Assembly (NCBI RefSeq): GCF_009914755.1
Contig: NC_060925.1
Source: the human T2T-CHM13v2.0 reference genome, Homo sapiens
DNA length: 64,000 nt
Reading direction: 5' to 3' (one strand)
Below the pieces are notes generated by a model. The model did no database searches, had not been told where the DNA came from, and saw only the letters and a list, made by a program, of their open reading frames with translations. The position numbers and the translations under genes are program-made. Below are positions 11,966-26,740 of this stretch, piece after piece (position 1 is the stretch's first letter; each line of letters opens with the position of its first letter).

Positions 11966-13076
11966 CAGTCATGGAGCCCAGTGACACTGTGGATGTGCCC
12001 TTGGCCAGGAATGGGAGAATGTGCCTCCTCCAGAGCATGGCCCAAGAGTGAGGCAGTTTTGACTCTTCTTTGGGGTCCTCCAGAGACTCTGGAAAGGAGC
12101 TTAAGTCTGACGCAATGTCCATGGAGGGGGGCCAGAGCTGTTGTTGATCTCAAGGTGTAAAAGGCTTGGGTAGGGCAGTGGAGGGGCTGCTCTGAGGCAG
12201 AGCTGATGCCAGGCTGACCTGCTGTAGCAAGCTCAGATGTTCCCTCAGGGGATGAGCGTGTATGTTCATGGGTGAAGGAGGATGTTAGGTGAGGAGAAAG
12301 CTAGCAGGTCTTCATTTATACCACACCCCACAACTACCACCATGATTGCAGGGCAATGGAACTGTACCCAAGTAAGGGAGAGATCCCAGTACATGGGCAA
12401 GAAGGCTTGTGTTCATGGATTTCAGTTCAGGCCCTGAGCTGCTCATGCTCTCTCACCCAGAGATCTCCCTTTCAACAGAATCAACAATGAGTATCGCAAC
12501 TGGGGGTGTGGCATCAAAGCACAACTGGGGCTGGTGTGGAGAGGCTGGGTTTTCCTGCTTCTAAGGGGCAACCCAAGAGACAGGTGGTTGACTGAATCCA
12601 TGCAGGGTTCAGGATAATAGTGAACTGACAACAGAGAGTGGGGAAAGAAAATGTACTATACAATTAAGGAGGTGTTTTAGTTGAGGCTATTGAAATAGGG
12701 AGAATGTTCATTAATAAGCATTGTCTCAAAGAAAAGAGAGGAAAACCCAGGGTTTTATAAAGGCAGATAAATAAAAGCATCATAAGGAAGGGTCTTATCT
12801 TGGAATATTCAGGATATCGCAGGGCAGGGTGGTCTTTTGCAGTAGCTGTTTTGGAAACACAAAAGGGTAGAGGTTTCAGAGAATATAAAGAGGGGAAGAT
12901 TCTGAATCTTTGCTGTTTTCCAGGACCACAGAGATCAGATGAGTTTCAACACTGTCAGAGTATAAGGCAGTCATTGTTAGGTGTTGGGTGGGCATGGCTG
13001 TGGGACAGGTGCAGCCCAGGAGTGTATCAGGAAGTTAGTAATCGGGAGGCCTCTGTGGACCAGTGTCACCTGGAAG

Positions 13077-13745
13077 CAGTAGGATGGTGGAGCTGGCATG
13101 AGCCCACTCTCAAGAACTGATTGTTAAATATACAACAATATTGTGACAAAGATTATTTGCTTGGCCAAACTTTAGTCAGGCTTCTGAAGCTTCTCCTAGG
13201 CCTATTTGTGTATTTCCCTTGTAAAACCAGTCTTGGCAAAGAGCCCTGCTAAGTTAGTTTAGCAACAATCTACCACCCTACATATCTGATCAAATTCCTC
13301 ATTCTTCACCATCCCCGAGGTAATGTCAGATCACTCTAGCCCATCTTCAGTAAACATGTTGTTAGGTAGACTTAGCCAGAATCCCCCTTACCCCTGATGT
13401 TTCCTCTCAATAATTTTTCATTTAATAGCTCCTACCTTGATCCCATTTTCCCAGCCTATATTCCGAGTTAAGCCTCATCTCCCCTCTTCACTGTAAGACC
13501 CTGTTGCAGTGGTCCCTACCACCTATAGTGAAGATCTTGAATAAAATCATTCTCGCTGTGATTTAAAAAGTATCATTGAACACTTTTTTCTTTAGCAATT
13601 GTGAAGTGGCTGTTAAACCACTGGTAGTTTGAAATTGGATGGTGAGAGTATTTATACCATGAAAACTGGCAAACACTATAAATCAGGTTTCCTCCATTGT
13701 CCACACACCCAGAGAACTGGTCACACCTTTACCAGTATACCACTG
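13077..13745. mobile_element. MER63 (hAT-Blackjack) DNA transposon split by an LTR
   Basis: Degenerate termini cagt...(13077) / ...ttaccagtataccactg (13745); internal gagagtatttataccatgaaaactggcaaacactataaatcagg. Confidence 0.7.
13144..13597 (+). mobile_element. MER31-like ERV1 solo LTR
   Basis: TG...CA termini (tgacaaagatt...cttggccaaactttagtcaggc / tttagca); aataaa at ~13540; 4-bp TSD attg (13140-13143 / 13598-13601). Confidence 0.75.
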
Positions 13746-14401
13746 CCCAGAAATCCCTGTGGAGGAGGCAAAATTTGAAATCAACTGGAAAGTTGGGGAA
13801 AAAAAAGTATCTTGTATTTCTCCTCCACAAGCCAGTGCCAGAAAACAGAGGGTTAAGACTTGCAATTCTTAAACTCCAAAACTAAGTACCATGAACTGAA
13901 ATAGAAATAAATTAAAAGTTGCTATAAGTAAGGACAGATAGATATAGTCTGAACAAGGATTTTTATTTTCTTTTTGAAATAGGACAGAAGAATTGCCCCA
14001 GAAAATTTGTGACACATAGATACAGTACCCATGCGTCATTCTATCATACAGGGAATTCTGTTTAACATATGTTTTCTGAGTATCGACAATCTGGTGATTA
14101 TGAGATTTATAGTGCCTTGTGAATTTTCAAATAAAAAATAGGCTTCTTATTGTTTGACTCTTGTATATTTTGTGGTATTATTATTTTTTAAAAGTGTGTA
14201 TAATAACATCTACTTTTTTTTTAAAAAAAAACAAATTTTGGTTAACCCATATGTTGAATTATTCAAGCAATTCAAGAATGGATAAAAACATAGCTTAGTG
14301 CAGGCCTGAAGAAAAATCCATGTTATGTTATATCAGAGTAGGATACTCAGTTCTTCTAGTGTGTATCCTCCTTTAAGGTGATTCTATAATTCAACCTCTA
14401 G

Positions 14402-14777
<376 letters not shown>

Positions 14778-16629
14778 CAGTTCTCCAGTTTTTTCATATG
14801 AACTGTTGAATTGAGGGTGATCAGAGAGGGTGATCAGAGAGAAGAGTAGAATTATATTTGGGCAAACCTATTTCTGCTACTGACACAAAAATGAAAAGAA
14901 ACCCCTCAAAGCATATATCAAATTCAGAATTTTGCTTTGCAGAATAAATAGAAGTTAGCTAGACAAGGGAGGAGAAAGGGATTCCAGTAAAAGAAATAGC
15001 ATTTGGTTATGTCATTGTACTATGAGGCATTCACTGTTGTCTTATTTGAAATATAAATACGTTTGAGATGGGACAAAGATGGAGTAAAATGAGGAGGAAG
15101 AAGAGCAGTTAGGCAGTAGTCACATCATTCAGAGCCTTCTGGGTTAATCTTACTTGTGAGCTTGAGCTTTACTCTGAAAGCGCTGGGGAGCTCTCCAAGA
15201 ACTGGAATCAGGACAAGGGAAGTGGTATGTTTTCAGACTGTTGGAGGATGACCCAGGAAGCTGTGTATTAGGGAGGGATGATAGAAAGTGCTGAAGACCT
15301 GAACTGAGATTGGCAGAGGTTCAGGGATTCTAAAGAGATCCTAAGGAGGAAGTATCTGCAGATCTTGGTGACATGACTGATTGGTTGACTGGTCATGGGG
15401 ATTGAGAGAGAATAAGGGATAAAAAGATTCAAAGGTTTCTGCATCTAAAGACTGAATGGGTAGCATAACATTTGCCAAGACCGGGACTACAAGAGGATTT
15501 TTGAGTAGATGCATTCAACCTGTATCTGGTGAAGAGCATCCTTGGGCAAAACTGCCAACTTCTTATAATTCTTTATTCTCTTTATTAACTCGTTATATTT
15601 CAATAGTAACATGACTTAAGCTGTCTGTCTTCATGATGGCTAATTATGGGCATATGTTAATTAAGGGTATAAAGCGAATACTATATAGCTAAGAATGAAT
15701 CAGTGTAAGTCTGTATAATAGTGAAAGCCTCCATTGTAGCTAGCCTTGTTCAGCTGAGCGATGAACTAAGTCATCAGCACACTCATCTGATTTTCACTGA
15801 CTGCTGTATAATCTTTTTGAGAATCACTTAGGCATTCTTAAGCTTCTATTTGTAATTAAATAACTTTAAATAATTATTTTATTGATTAACCTTTTAAAAT
15901 AGCAATGCAAACAAATGGCATTACTGTTTTTAATAAAATGAACTCACTGGAACTCTTTTCTGAGCTCCAAAACATTGATATCCCTTAATATAATGGAGCC
16001 CTGATATTAAATTAGAATATGTGCCCCACAGCCATAATATGGAATATTATTTGTTAGAAAGAAAATCCATCAAGAATTGAATTCTGTTTTAATGTAATAG
16101 TATTTGTTTCCTAAGAATTTGATATTGATTTAAAAACGCATTAACTTAGTCAATGAAAGTGAAAGTTTTGAAAGTGGAACTTTCTAATCTGCTGAGTCTG
16201 CACATCATCGTTGGCTTTTACCCCCACTACCTGCAAGCTTAACTGCATCAGTCCTCTCCTCCTTTTCTGTCTCATTAGAATGCAAACCCCACCTTCTGTC
16301 TGAAGCTGTCCTTTTCAACTGAGCTTCCAAGTTCTTATCTCCTTCTGCTTCCTCTGAGGCCATTCAATATCTCTCTCTACTGTATCTTCAATCTCTCTTT
16401 CTAGTAACTACCCTTAACATGGAAGTATGCTCACATCTGTTCCCTCTTATGGAAAAAATCCCTGGCAGGTCTAAACCACCTTCATCTACTGTCCTGTTTT
16501 GCCCTTCTGTTCACAGCCACATTTCTCAAAAGACTAGTTTATCCTCATTGTCCCTGCTTTATCATCTCTAATTAACTCTTCAGCCAATAAGATTTTCATT
16601 CCCACTAATGCTCTGAAACTACCCTTATT

Positions 16630-18440
16630 ATCTGGGCAGCCATTGGAGGGTTATAAACAGAGAGGTGACATGATGTGGCTTATGTTTTGTCAGGGCTACT
16701 CTGAAAGGTGCGAGTAGGAAAGCATGGAGACCTACTAGATTGTTATTAAAATAGTGCTTATAAGATACAATGGTGGCTTGGACTAAGATGGTAGCAATGA
16801 GGATAATGAGAAGTGGTCAGATATGGTGGATGTTTTGAAGGTAGAGTTGACAGAACAGATGAAGTAGAGATTGAGTGTGAGACAAAGGGACGAGACAAAG
16901 GTGATTCCAAGGTTTTTACCTGAACAAAGAAAAATGGGAAAATGCCAGTCAATGCTATTCTGTAGTGTTGGGCTGTCATACAGATTATCTTAATGCCCCA
17001 CTGCAGATGGTAAAGACTTTGGATTTTACTCTGAGTGACAAAAGAAGTACAGAGATTTTTGAGAAGGAGAGTGACATGATTTGACTTACATTTAAAAAAA
17101 TTACTTTGATTTCTTACTAGAGAATAGGCTATAAGTGAACAAAGATGGAAGAAAGGTGATTAGTGAGGCAGCTTTGCAGTAATGCAGGAAAAAGATGATG
17201 GTGGCTGGAGCCAAGGTGATAGCAGTCCAAGTAGTGAGATGTGGTCATATTCTGGTGATAATTTCAGAGAAGAACTGACATAGTATGTTGTTATGGGGGT
17301 TAACAGGAGAAGAGGAATCAAGGATTACTTTAAGGTTTTGGCCTGAGGAACTAAAAGTTACAGGACAGGATGGAAAGTTAAAGAGTTTATTTTTTTGGAA
17401 TGATAAACTTGAAATGCTTATTAAAAATCCAAGTGGAGATATTGACTAGCGATTGTATTTACAAGGCTGGTGTTCAGAGGAGGAGTTAAGCTAGACATAT
17501 GAATTAGGGAATTGTCATCATAGACATGGTATTTAAATCTACAAGACTGGGGGAAGATCACCAAGAGAGTGAGTATAGACGCTGAACATCTAAAGAGCCT
17601 GTGATCCTGGTCCTGTACACATTTAGATGGCAGGCATATAAGTAGGAACTGACAAAGAAGATTGAGAAGGAGCAGCAAATGAAGTAGGTAGAAGGCCAAG
17701 AAAGAAAGATATTCCAGAAAAAAAGTACTTCAGGAAGGAAACCATGATCCTGAGTGTCAAATGCTGCAGAATCAAGTGCAATGGCCTATGGTAATTAAGC
17801 CCTGGATTTGACTATGTGTGTATGTGTTGTAGGTGGTGGGGAGAGGGCATGAAGACTTTTGCAAGAGCAGTTTTAAAGGTGTACTAGGAGGGAAAGTTTG
17901 ATTGGAATGGGTTCAAGAGAGAATGGAAAGAACAGAAGGGAAGACACCAAGTATAGACAACTTCCGATGATTGCTAAGAAACAGGGCAATAGTTGGAGGC
18001 AAAAATGGGTTTGAGAGATGGGTTTTAAAATGAGATAAACAACAGTGTGTTTGTATGCAGATAGGAGAATTCATTATGGAGTAAAGAGATGAAAGATTGG
18101 AGGGAGCAAAATCTTTGAGAAGGTAAAAGGGAATGGAACTCAGAGCACAAATATCGGGGTTGACTTCAGCTAGAAGCAAGGAGTTCATGCGTCGTAACAA
18201 GAGTTAAGACAGTGCATATAGGTAGACTGGTGGATGGGAGCACACGGATGTTCTGTTATAAGCTGCGAATATAAGATGAGGAATTGTAGATTTGAAGTGG
18301 GAGGAAAAGGTGTGAAATTCTTGTCTAGAAGAGAAGGAGACTGAATGAATTAGAGATATATAATAGGATGAGAGGATACCACAAAAGGACTCAGGGAGGT
18401 TAGTGGCTGTGCGTTGAAAGTGACAGCAGTTAGCCTGGCT
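16630..18440 (-). mobile_element. Long L2 LINE fragment(s)
   Basis: Purine-rich antisense L2 motifs (gccattggagggtt...gtgacatgat; ggattttactctgagtgac; ccaagtggagatattgactag; tgagtgtcaaatgctgcaga). Confidence 0.75.
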
Positions 18441-19379
18441 GTGTGTTTTCTCTAGCTGGGGTGGAAGTTCAGAGAGGAAAGGGTGCACCAACATCTCTCT
18501 TCTTTTCCTTATTTTTTCTTGCAGCACACAAAGCTCCTGAAGCTCTTGGCTGTTTGCTCCAAGCTTTGAGTTCAGTCCTGGATGAGAGCTGGGGGTTGAA
18601 GACAGACAGCACTTTCTTTGGAATGTCTGCTCTTCCTGCCAGTCAGCATTCATCTGGCAGGCTGGCCTTTGACTGTACTGGTATTTTAAGCATTCAAATG
18701 TGTTCTAAGCCAGTCTAGCAGACATTCTATGCAAGTCAAGCCACTGCCCTTTACACCAGAAGGAACTTAGGGACCCTGGAAATCCTCAGTCAGCAGAGTC
18801 TGGTTTGAACTGCAATGAAATCCATTTGCCCAGGGACACTAATAGACGCAATTCAGAGGTAAACAGATCTGGAGATTTCATTTAAGAAAAAAAGAATGTC
18901 AAGGAAGGAAGCATCTGGGAAAGGAGTAAAGTTTGGCTATGACAAACAAAATAGGCTTCAGATAAAATGGTCTCCCCCCACCCAAAAATAAAGCACATAA
19001 AGTAGACGAGATAGGAGATCAACCTGTAACCTGTCACCTATATATGTACTGATGTCCTCATCTCTGTGAGCTGGGAATTTTAATAGAGATTACATTATAG
19101 GGTAGTTTAATATTAATACCTAAAAGGTATTTGGAACATTATTTGACAGAGTAAAGCTCAGTAAATACTAGAAAACATAGTAGTACTGATAAATAATTGT
19201 TATTATTTTATTATTATGCCTTGGCTAGTGCTGAGCTGCTTCTTGTTTCTGTGTCTTTTTTTAGGCTATGAAGAAAATATTATTTAAATAAACAACAAAA
19301 ATTAACAGATTGATTAATGTGGTTCCTGTACAAGGATGACATCCACATTCGTGATGTGGAGATAACATCAGGTAGTAAC

Positions 19380-19600
19380 AACGTTCATGGTTTTGAGCCA
19401 AAGACCCCCTCAGCCAGCCCAAGCATTTAACCAAACTGCTTAACCTTCAAGAACCTTACTTCTTTGATATGTGAAATGGAGAAAATGATACTAATTTTTG
19501 AGATTTTTATCAGAGTTAAATAAATCAATATATATAGAATGTACCTTGAACAGTGTCAGGTATATAGTACGCATTCAACAATGTTAGGTATGATTATTAA
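19380..19600 (+). mobile_element. MIR SINE
   Basis: gtgaaatggagaaaatgatacta...aaataaatcaatatatatagaatgtaccttgaacagtgtcaggtatatagtacgcattcaacaatgttag. Confidence 0.6.
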
Positions 19601-21264
19601 TAATTCTGGTGAATCCTCAGTAGGAAAAATCCTTCCTGTTCTTCTCCAGGTACAGAAATCCTCTCCACCTTTTCAGGACCAGCCTCTGAAAGAATCCTGT
19701 CCAGAGTCTCCTAGTTTCTTCCTCTGGGCTTCTGTTACACTTTGTTCATGCTTCTGTTGCATCAATTTCCCCCTCGGTTAATTTTGAAAGTCTTTTTCCT
19801 TGTATGTTTGTCTCTTGAGCTAGAGTTAATATTTTGTTTGTTTGTTTTTTTAATACACCTATAGACTTATTACAACTCAGCAGAGAGGCTAGGATGCAGT
19901 AAGAACCCAACAAATATTTATAGAATTAACTGAGAGTTCTTTCTAATCTTCAAAGCAGAGAAACTGACCTACATTTAGAAGAAACTCCTTCCCCCTCTTT
20001 CTTCAAATTTTCCCTATCAGAATTTTGGGAACAATATAGAGTAGTGACTGAACATATGGTCTCTGAAGTCAGTAGACCTCTTCTGAAATTCCATTTCAGC
20101 AATTGGCATAGCATTGCAAGGAAGGAGGGGATATACAAAATGCAACGAGAGCATAGTAGAAGACCAGCATTTACTAGTCTCACTTGATCTTGGAGCAGAA
20201 GTATGTCATGGCTCACTCCAATCAAGAAAAGATCATCGTCCAGGCATGACAAAGGAAACAAACTGTTCTTAGGTTGTCTCAATTACTTCCTGCACCAGCT
20301 GATCAAAGTAATTAGAGCAGGTAAGAGTTCGGTAAAGACAGGCAAAAAATGGATCCTACTTCCTTGCCAGGGATAAGATAGCATGTTACGAAAATATCAC
20401 TTAAAACTCTGAGGACAGGCATGAGTCATCAGATCTCCAGTTACCGAAAGCATCTCAGACTTGGTGTAGGAAAGTGGCGGTGAAAGGGAAGGTCAGCCAG
20501 AGGAGGACCTCTTAGTCACTTAAGCTGCTGCTGGGCTCTTCTCTGCCACCAGCTGGGCTCATTTTATCAGCATCCAAGAAGAAAGCAACTGAAGTTGTAA
20601 CACATGTGTCAGTGTAGTGTAATGGAAAGAAAAGTAGATTCAGATCCTGGGTTTATCACTTACTAGCTATGTGGCTTCTTCAAGTTATTTAATCTCTGTG
20701 AATATCATTTTACCAAGGACAGTTGAGAGAATTAGAGATGATGTAATATACCTACTATGTACTCACGAACTGGTAACTTCATCATTACCGTGCAGCTGAT
20801 TCTTTCAAATTAGAGATGCATAATCAAATCTAACTCAGCATAAACAAAATCAATTTCAGTTGAAAGATTCTGGTTATTCCTAGTTTGAGGTGTGGCCCTC
20901 CTGAGACTCTTTGTGCCTAGATCAAAATCTCATGAGACCGTAAAGTTGGTTTCTTTCTATTCTGGGTCTACTTGCTGTACCCCAAATCTCAGCTTAGAAT
21001 ATTCTTGAGATTTTTTTTAGGGGTATGAGCTGAGGCATGGGAAGATAGCAATACCCGCTTGCTCCTTCTGTGGAGAAAATCGATCAAGGGTACATGTCCC
21101 AGTGATGGTGGATTAGTGATGTCATCTTCCCTCATGAAGGACAATGCTATTAATATTGCAATGATTCACACTGTAACTCCAGGCCTCCAGGGATTTGATG
21201 GAGGGAAAGGGTAGGAATAAATGTAAAAGAATATGGAGTGTGGTAGAGAAGGACTAAGACTTAG

Positions 21265-21582
<318 letters not shown>

Positions 21583-22263
21583 TAGATGGAAAATTTTAAA
21601 TGGGCAGTGGCACCTTCTTTAGCTTTGAGAGAAGAGAAACACGGAGGTCACTGGTGGGCTTAATTAAGGATAGCAGAGAGAGGGAAATTAGAGGGGAGTT
21701 AGAAAAGGAAGAAGAAGAAAAAGAAGTAAAGGGAACAATAAAGGAGGGACACATTAAAAGAGAAAGAAAAAAAGTGGCTTGAGGAGGAGGCAAGAAAAGA
21801 GTGACATTATTTAGAATTGAAACTCAAGCTTTGGGGATGACCAATGAAAGACAATTTAATTTGTAAAATAAATTCAGAGGTCAAAGGGGTCCCAGAAAAA
21901 AGGTGTTTAGGAACATCTAACTCAGTGGTGAGATGTTTTGGTGAATTTGATGAAATTCATGGACAAAAAATGCATGTAAATTACAACTTCTCTGTACAAT
22001 TTGATGGAGTTTATACATTTCCTAAAGCCAATCTGTGGATCCCTTCTTAGGAGATTTTGTTTTATGTGTTTTTATACATCGTTCTGAGACAGCGATAAAT
22101 GTAGTTTCCTCAGGAAGATCTGAAAGTCAAAACAAAAAGCTTACTAATATTTTCTTGGTGTCTTCTCCACAGCATGAATATCACTTTTCAAATCTAGCTG
22201 CTGTGATCATATTTAAATATTTAGTCAATTTAGGCATATCTTTTTTTAATTTCAGGTTTTGTC

Positions 22264-22290
<27 letters not shown>
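22264..22290. repeat. T27 homopolymer
   Basis: Read directly. Confidence 0.97.
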
Positions 22291-22294
<4 letters not shown>

Positions 22295-22974
22295 CGTTAC
22301 TATTAGTAAATGGTCCAAGGGCTCTGGGCCCAACAGAAGAATATCGTCACTTTGAAGAACAAAATTTACCTTTGGAGTGTTAGACTTTTTCAGGCTGGAA
22401 GTCAGAGGTCCTCTGGTGACTCCTCAAGTGACAAGGCTTGTTTTACATTTACACAATAAATTGAGGAGAATAGAAGTTTCATTGCATAGTGTCATGAAGG
22501 AAAGGAGAGATGATTGTTTAGGAACTGGGCCATCTAGGTTAGTGTAGGTTGAATACCCTGGTTTTCTAGTCCACCCAGCAGCAGGAGTCTGTTGATTTCC
22601 CCTCTCGTGCTTCCCTGTGGTGCTGCCTTTGATACCGTCTGTCATTCCCCCTCCTGCCACCTTCTTTCTCTTTAACAGATTCTGCCTGCTCAGCTTTTGC
22701 CTTGCTGTTTTCTCCCTCCAAGTATTTTGTTTTCTTTTCCCCATTTTTAAGTGCTGACCTCTTTGAATGTATTCCAGATTGCCCATGAGAGCCACTGGTG
22801 GATGCTTATTCACCATCACTTATGATGGAGACTTTCATGGTCATTCCACAGCAGCGGCTCCTGGGGCCTGTGTCTAGCCTCGGCCAGTCTCTGTGACCAG
22901 TGTCACCATCATGTAGTCAGTGCCCTTCGCAGCATAACAGTTTCTTCTCCAGTGTAATAGCTGTTGCACTTTGT

Positions 22975-23165
22975 AGGTTTACAAAGCTCTATTCTCATAT
23001 CCTGTGCATTGTCTGATCCTCACAATAATCTTACAAGGATTATTATCATGCCCACTTTGCACACAAGGAAATGGAGAGTCAATGGAGTTGCAGGGAAGAC
23101 TCCAGGTCACTCAGTTATCAAATGGGAGAGCAAACTCAAATCCAGGTCTTCTGGTCCCAAAGTCT
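22975..23165 (-). mobile_element. MIR SINE
   Basis: tgatcctcacaataatcttacaagg...cccactttgcacacaaggaaatggag...caggtcactcag...ctcaaatccaggtcttctg. Confidence 0.7.
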
Positions 23166-23800
23166 TCATGGATAGCAGTAAAGAGAAGAGAAGTTGGGGG
23201 CAAGGCAGGAGAGATGTGAAAACTGATATGGAGATAAAATGACTATTTCAGAGGGTGAAAACATTGGTGTGCATGTATGTGTGTGCTACCATTTTGGTTG
23301 GAACCAGCTCTGGGGGGTGCACTAGGGAAAGAGAAAGGGTAACAGAGCGGCAGATCCAGCAAATTCTCCAGGCACTGGGCACAGGTGCCAAGGCACGTGT
23401 TCTTTCACCTGCCTATTCTTGATCTAGAGATCAGCAACATCAGAGGAAAAGGATAAGGGCCTCAGCAGTATATGCAGAAGGACCTGCAAAGGGTCCTCTG
23501 AGCTGCAAAGCTTCCCGTCTCCCCAGTGCCATTTAGGAATGCGCTGTACGTTGAGAGTCACTTCTGGCCTGGCCTGGTAGTAAGTGAGATCTCTTGACTT
23601 CCTCAATGCCTTTTGGAGGGCTTGAATGCTGTGTGTCCCTTTTCCTAACTTCTTTATTTTCAGCTGTGGGCTCATTAGCATAATGCCTCTGACTGACTCA
23701 GGCACTGATGGTGAAACACTGTAAGTTGCCTTCCACTCTTCAGTCAAAAAAGGGGCAGCATGGGACTTCTGTATGGTGATTACTCTCACGATCTGATGTA

Positions 23801-23990
23801 TTAGTGGTTCTCAAAGCTTAATAGGTATAAGAGTCATTCAAGGAGTTTGTTAAATTACAGGTTTTCAGTCCTGTCTGTCAGATATTCTGAATCAGAAGTT
23901 TGAAATGGGGCTCGGGAAGATATGCATTTCAATAAAGTATCTCAGGATATATTTATGCAAATGATTTTTGGATTATGCAAGAGAAACATT
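23801..23990. mobile_element. MER5-family hAT DNA transposon
   Basis: agtggttctcaaagc...tttgttaaattacag...ctgaatcagaa...tgcatttcaataaagtatctcagg...gagaaacattg. Confidence 0.65.
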
Positions 23991-25278
23991 GTAATTTGGA
24001 TGAGTCTTGGTTTATTTTCACTAAATAGAATAATAAGATTTACTTCATCAGACTGCAAACAAATCCCTTGAGTGCAGAAACCACGTGTGTATCTTCTACC
24101 TTAATTCTTAGCACGTTGCCTGGCATAGAGTAGGTTAAATTCAGTTAGCCACAACTCTCAGTACCTCTTTGTTAGACTGAGCTGGGGGACTGCAGAAGAC
24201 TTGGTTCTCAGTCTCTGGGGCTGAAGAAGAAATTGGGGTACACCGCACGGGGAGCTGTGGCATGTGCTGAGGAAGTGATGTTAGTTTTCAGAACATAAAA
24301 TTCTGCCTATGCTGTTACATTTTTATATGAACCTTTAATGTCTTTTATCTGGAAGCAATTTAAGTCTTAATGTTTTGTGTCTTCTACAATGCCTTACTTT
24401 GAGTAGGCTGTCAAATAAGGATTCCCCAACCTTTACTTCATTTTCCGATGTTCTTAGCAATCCTATCTAGTAAATTCTCATTCTTTATGGTTTATACCAT
24501 GCCTCAGTGTTTTCTATATTGGATGTGGGGTGAAAAGTTGAACATTCTGGCAAAAGCATTAGCTTAGTTCATGATGTGCTCTGAGCAGACTCAATGATTG
24601 GTGGAAAAGTACATTTGAGTGCATCTGACTCCCATGGAGAAATGCCATACAGTGGCAGGTAGAGAATCTGACCTTTGGGAGTAATGCCAATCTAGTGTCA
24701 ATAGCCAGGACCTGTCTAAACATCATGGAAAATCTAACTCTTTGACAAACAAACCAGGAGTCATCCATAGCTTCCTGAATTACACCCAGGAAGGAGAGAT
24801 TGAATACTCCACACACCATTTTCCGAGATGTTCCAGAGGAAATCAGCAATTTTAGCCAAGTTTCCAGGAAACCTCAGAGGTTTATCACTTCATACAGCCA
24901 GGAGCAGGGATTCGGATGGATAGATTTTATAGATTCTTTCTTTCAGAAGAAAACAGACTAAATCAGCAAACCATTGGTCCAAAATAAAATTTTGTCTATG
25001 ACAGAGTGTTCCATCATCTAGCAACACATAAAATGTTTTAATATGAATCCTTGAGAAGCAACTGTTCTTCTTTTAACCAAAGCAAATAAAGAAGTTAACA
25101 TTGGAGTCCCTCATATTGGAAAGGATTTGCTGAACATCTGCTGAGAGGAAGTTCTGTTGAGATTCCTCCTCTTTTAATTCTTTACCTATTAAGTGCCTTT
25201 ACAAAAAAGTGGGATGCTTACTGCTTGAAATGTCAGCAGCACCTCCTGTACCTTAATTTTCTCAATTAAAGAATGTAG

Positions 25279-25589
<311 letters not shown>

Positions 25590-26469
25590 AAGTGGAGGAT
25601 TCTTAAAGCTTCTTTAGATTTTATCCTCACAGATAAAATAGGTGGTTTGAGGAGGAATAAAATGGTTCTTAATTGTCCTAAGTAGCTTGTTATGATAGCT
25701 GATGTCTTCATTTTTGGTGAAATGATCTTTCAACTGAGTATAAGTCTATCTAATTTAGGGGAAGATTTTTGGATGACTAGTACTCAAATGTTTGCCCACT
25801 TGGAGCCTTCCCTTAAATAATTTAAGTATCATTTGACTGGTCAAGTCTTGGTTAATGGACAGGCACATTCAAGGGTTCAATCCTATCACTGTTCTTTCTC
25901 AAGTTGCAGCCTCTCCTCTCCTTTCATCATTTATAACTTCCCTGAGCAAATGTATCTCATCTTCCCAAGAAGCCTTTCTGACATCCTGCATGCCTGAGGT
26001 TTTTGTTTTAGCTGCTATGAGTCAGGGTTTACACATCTATTCCCTTATACTTGTCCAAGTGTTTTTTCTACCTGTTGATTGTCATTCTAGCTGAAGCCTA
26101 TCAGATGGCCATGTGGAGATGTAGGAGGGGCAGGTGGAGTCTCTGAATTCAAGGGGGAGGTCTGGGTTGGCAATATTCATTATGAAAAGAAGTGACTAAA
26201 TAGTCACTTAGTCACTACTAGATGACTAAGTAGATGAGGTGGTATTACCACTCCCTCCTTGGAGTGCTCTCCTTATTTGGCTTCTGTGACACTATTCTCC
26301 CTTATGTCTTCTCTTGCACCTTCTTTCCATTTTTCTTGGAAGACTCCTTTTTCCCCATCAGCCCCTTTAATGCTATATTCCATAGGGTCTTTTCTTCTGT
26401 ATTTATCTCACTCCACTCACTCTTACTTGGGATCTTATCCATGTTTATGCTTTTTACCACCATTTAATG

Positions 26470-26740
26470 CACCATCACACGATGCTGTAATTATTTGTTT
26501 ACCTGTCTCTTTCCCTCACTGAACTGTGAGCTCCTTAAGGATAAGGACTATATCTAGATCCTTAGCACCTAACATAGCACCTAACTATGGTAGGTGTTTT
26601 ATAAATAGTTGATGAATAAATAAGTGCATTTATTCATGTATTCCTTTGTTCCACAAAAACAATTAAAACTCCTCTATGCCTGCTATTGGAGGAACTAGGA
26701 GAAATGGTAATGATGAACAAGAGAAGGACGGTATCTTCCC
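26470..26740. mobile_element. Two L2 3' ends in tail-to-tail orientation
   Basis: + L2 end (gaactgtgagctccttaagg...taggtgttttataaatagttgatgaataaa) abuts a - L2 end (atttattcatgtattcc...ctatgcc...ggaactagg). Confidence 0.6.

Noticed and set aside
22240-22420. T27-AG as a + strand splice acceptor or solo poly(A) retro-insertion
   Set aside because: No convincing downstream donor or ORF, and no TSD found.
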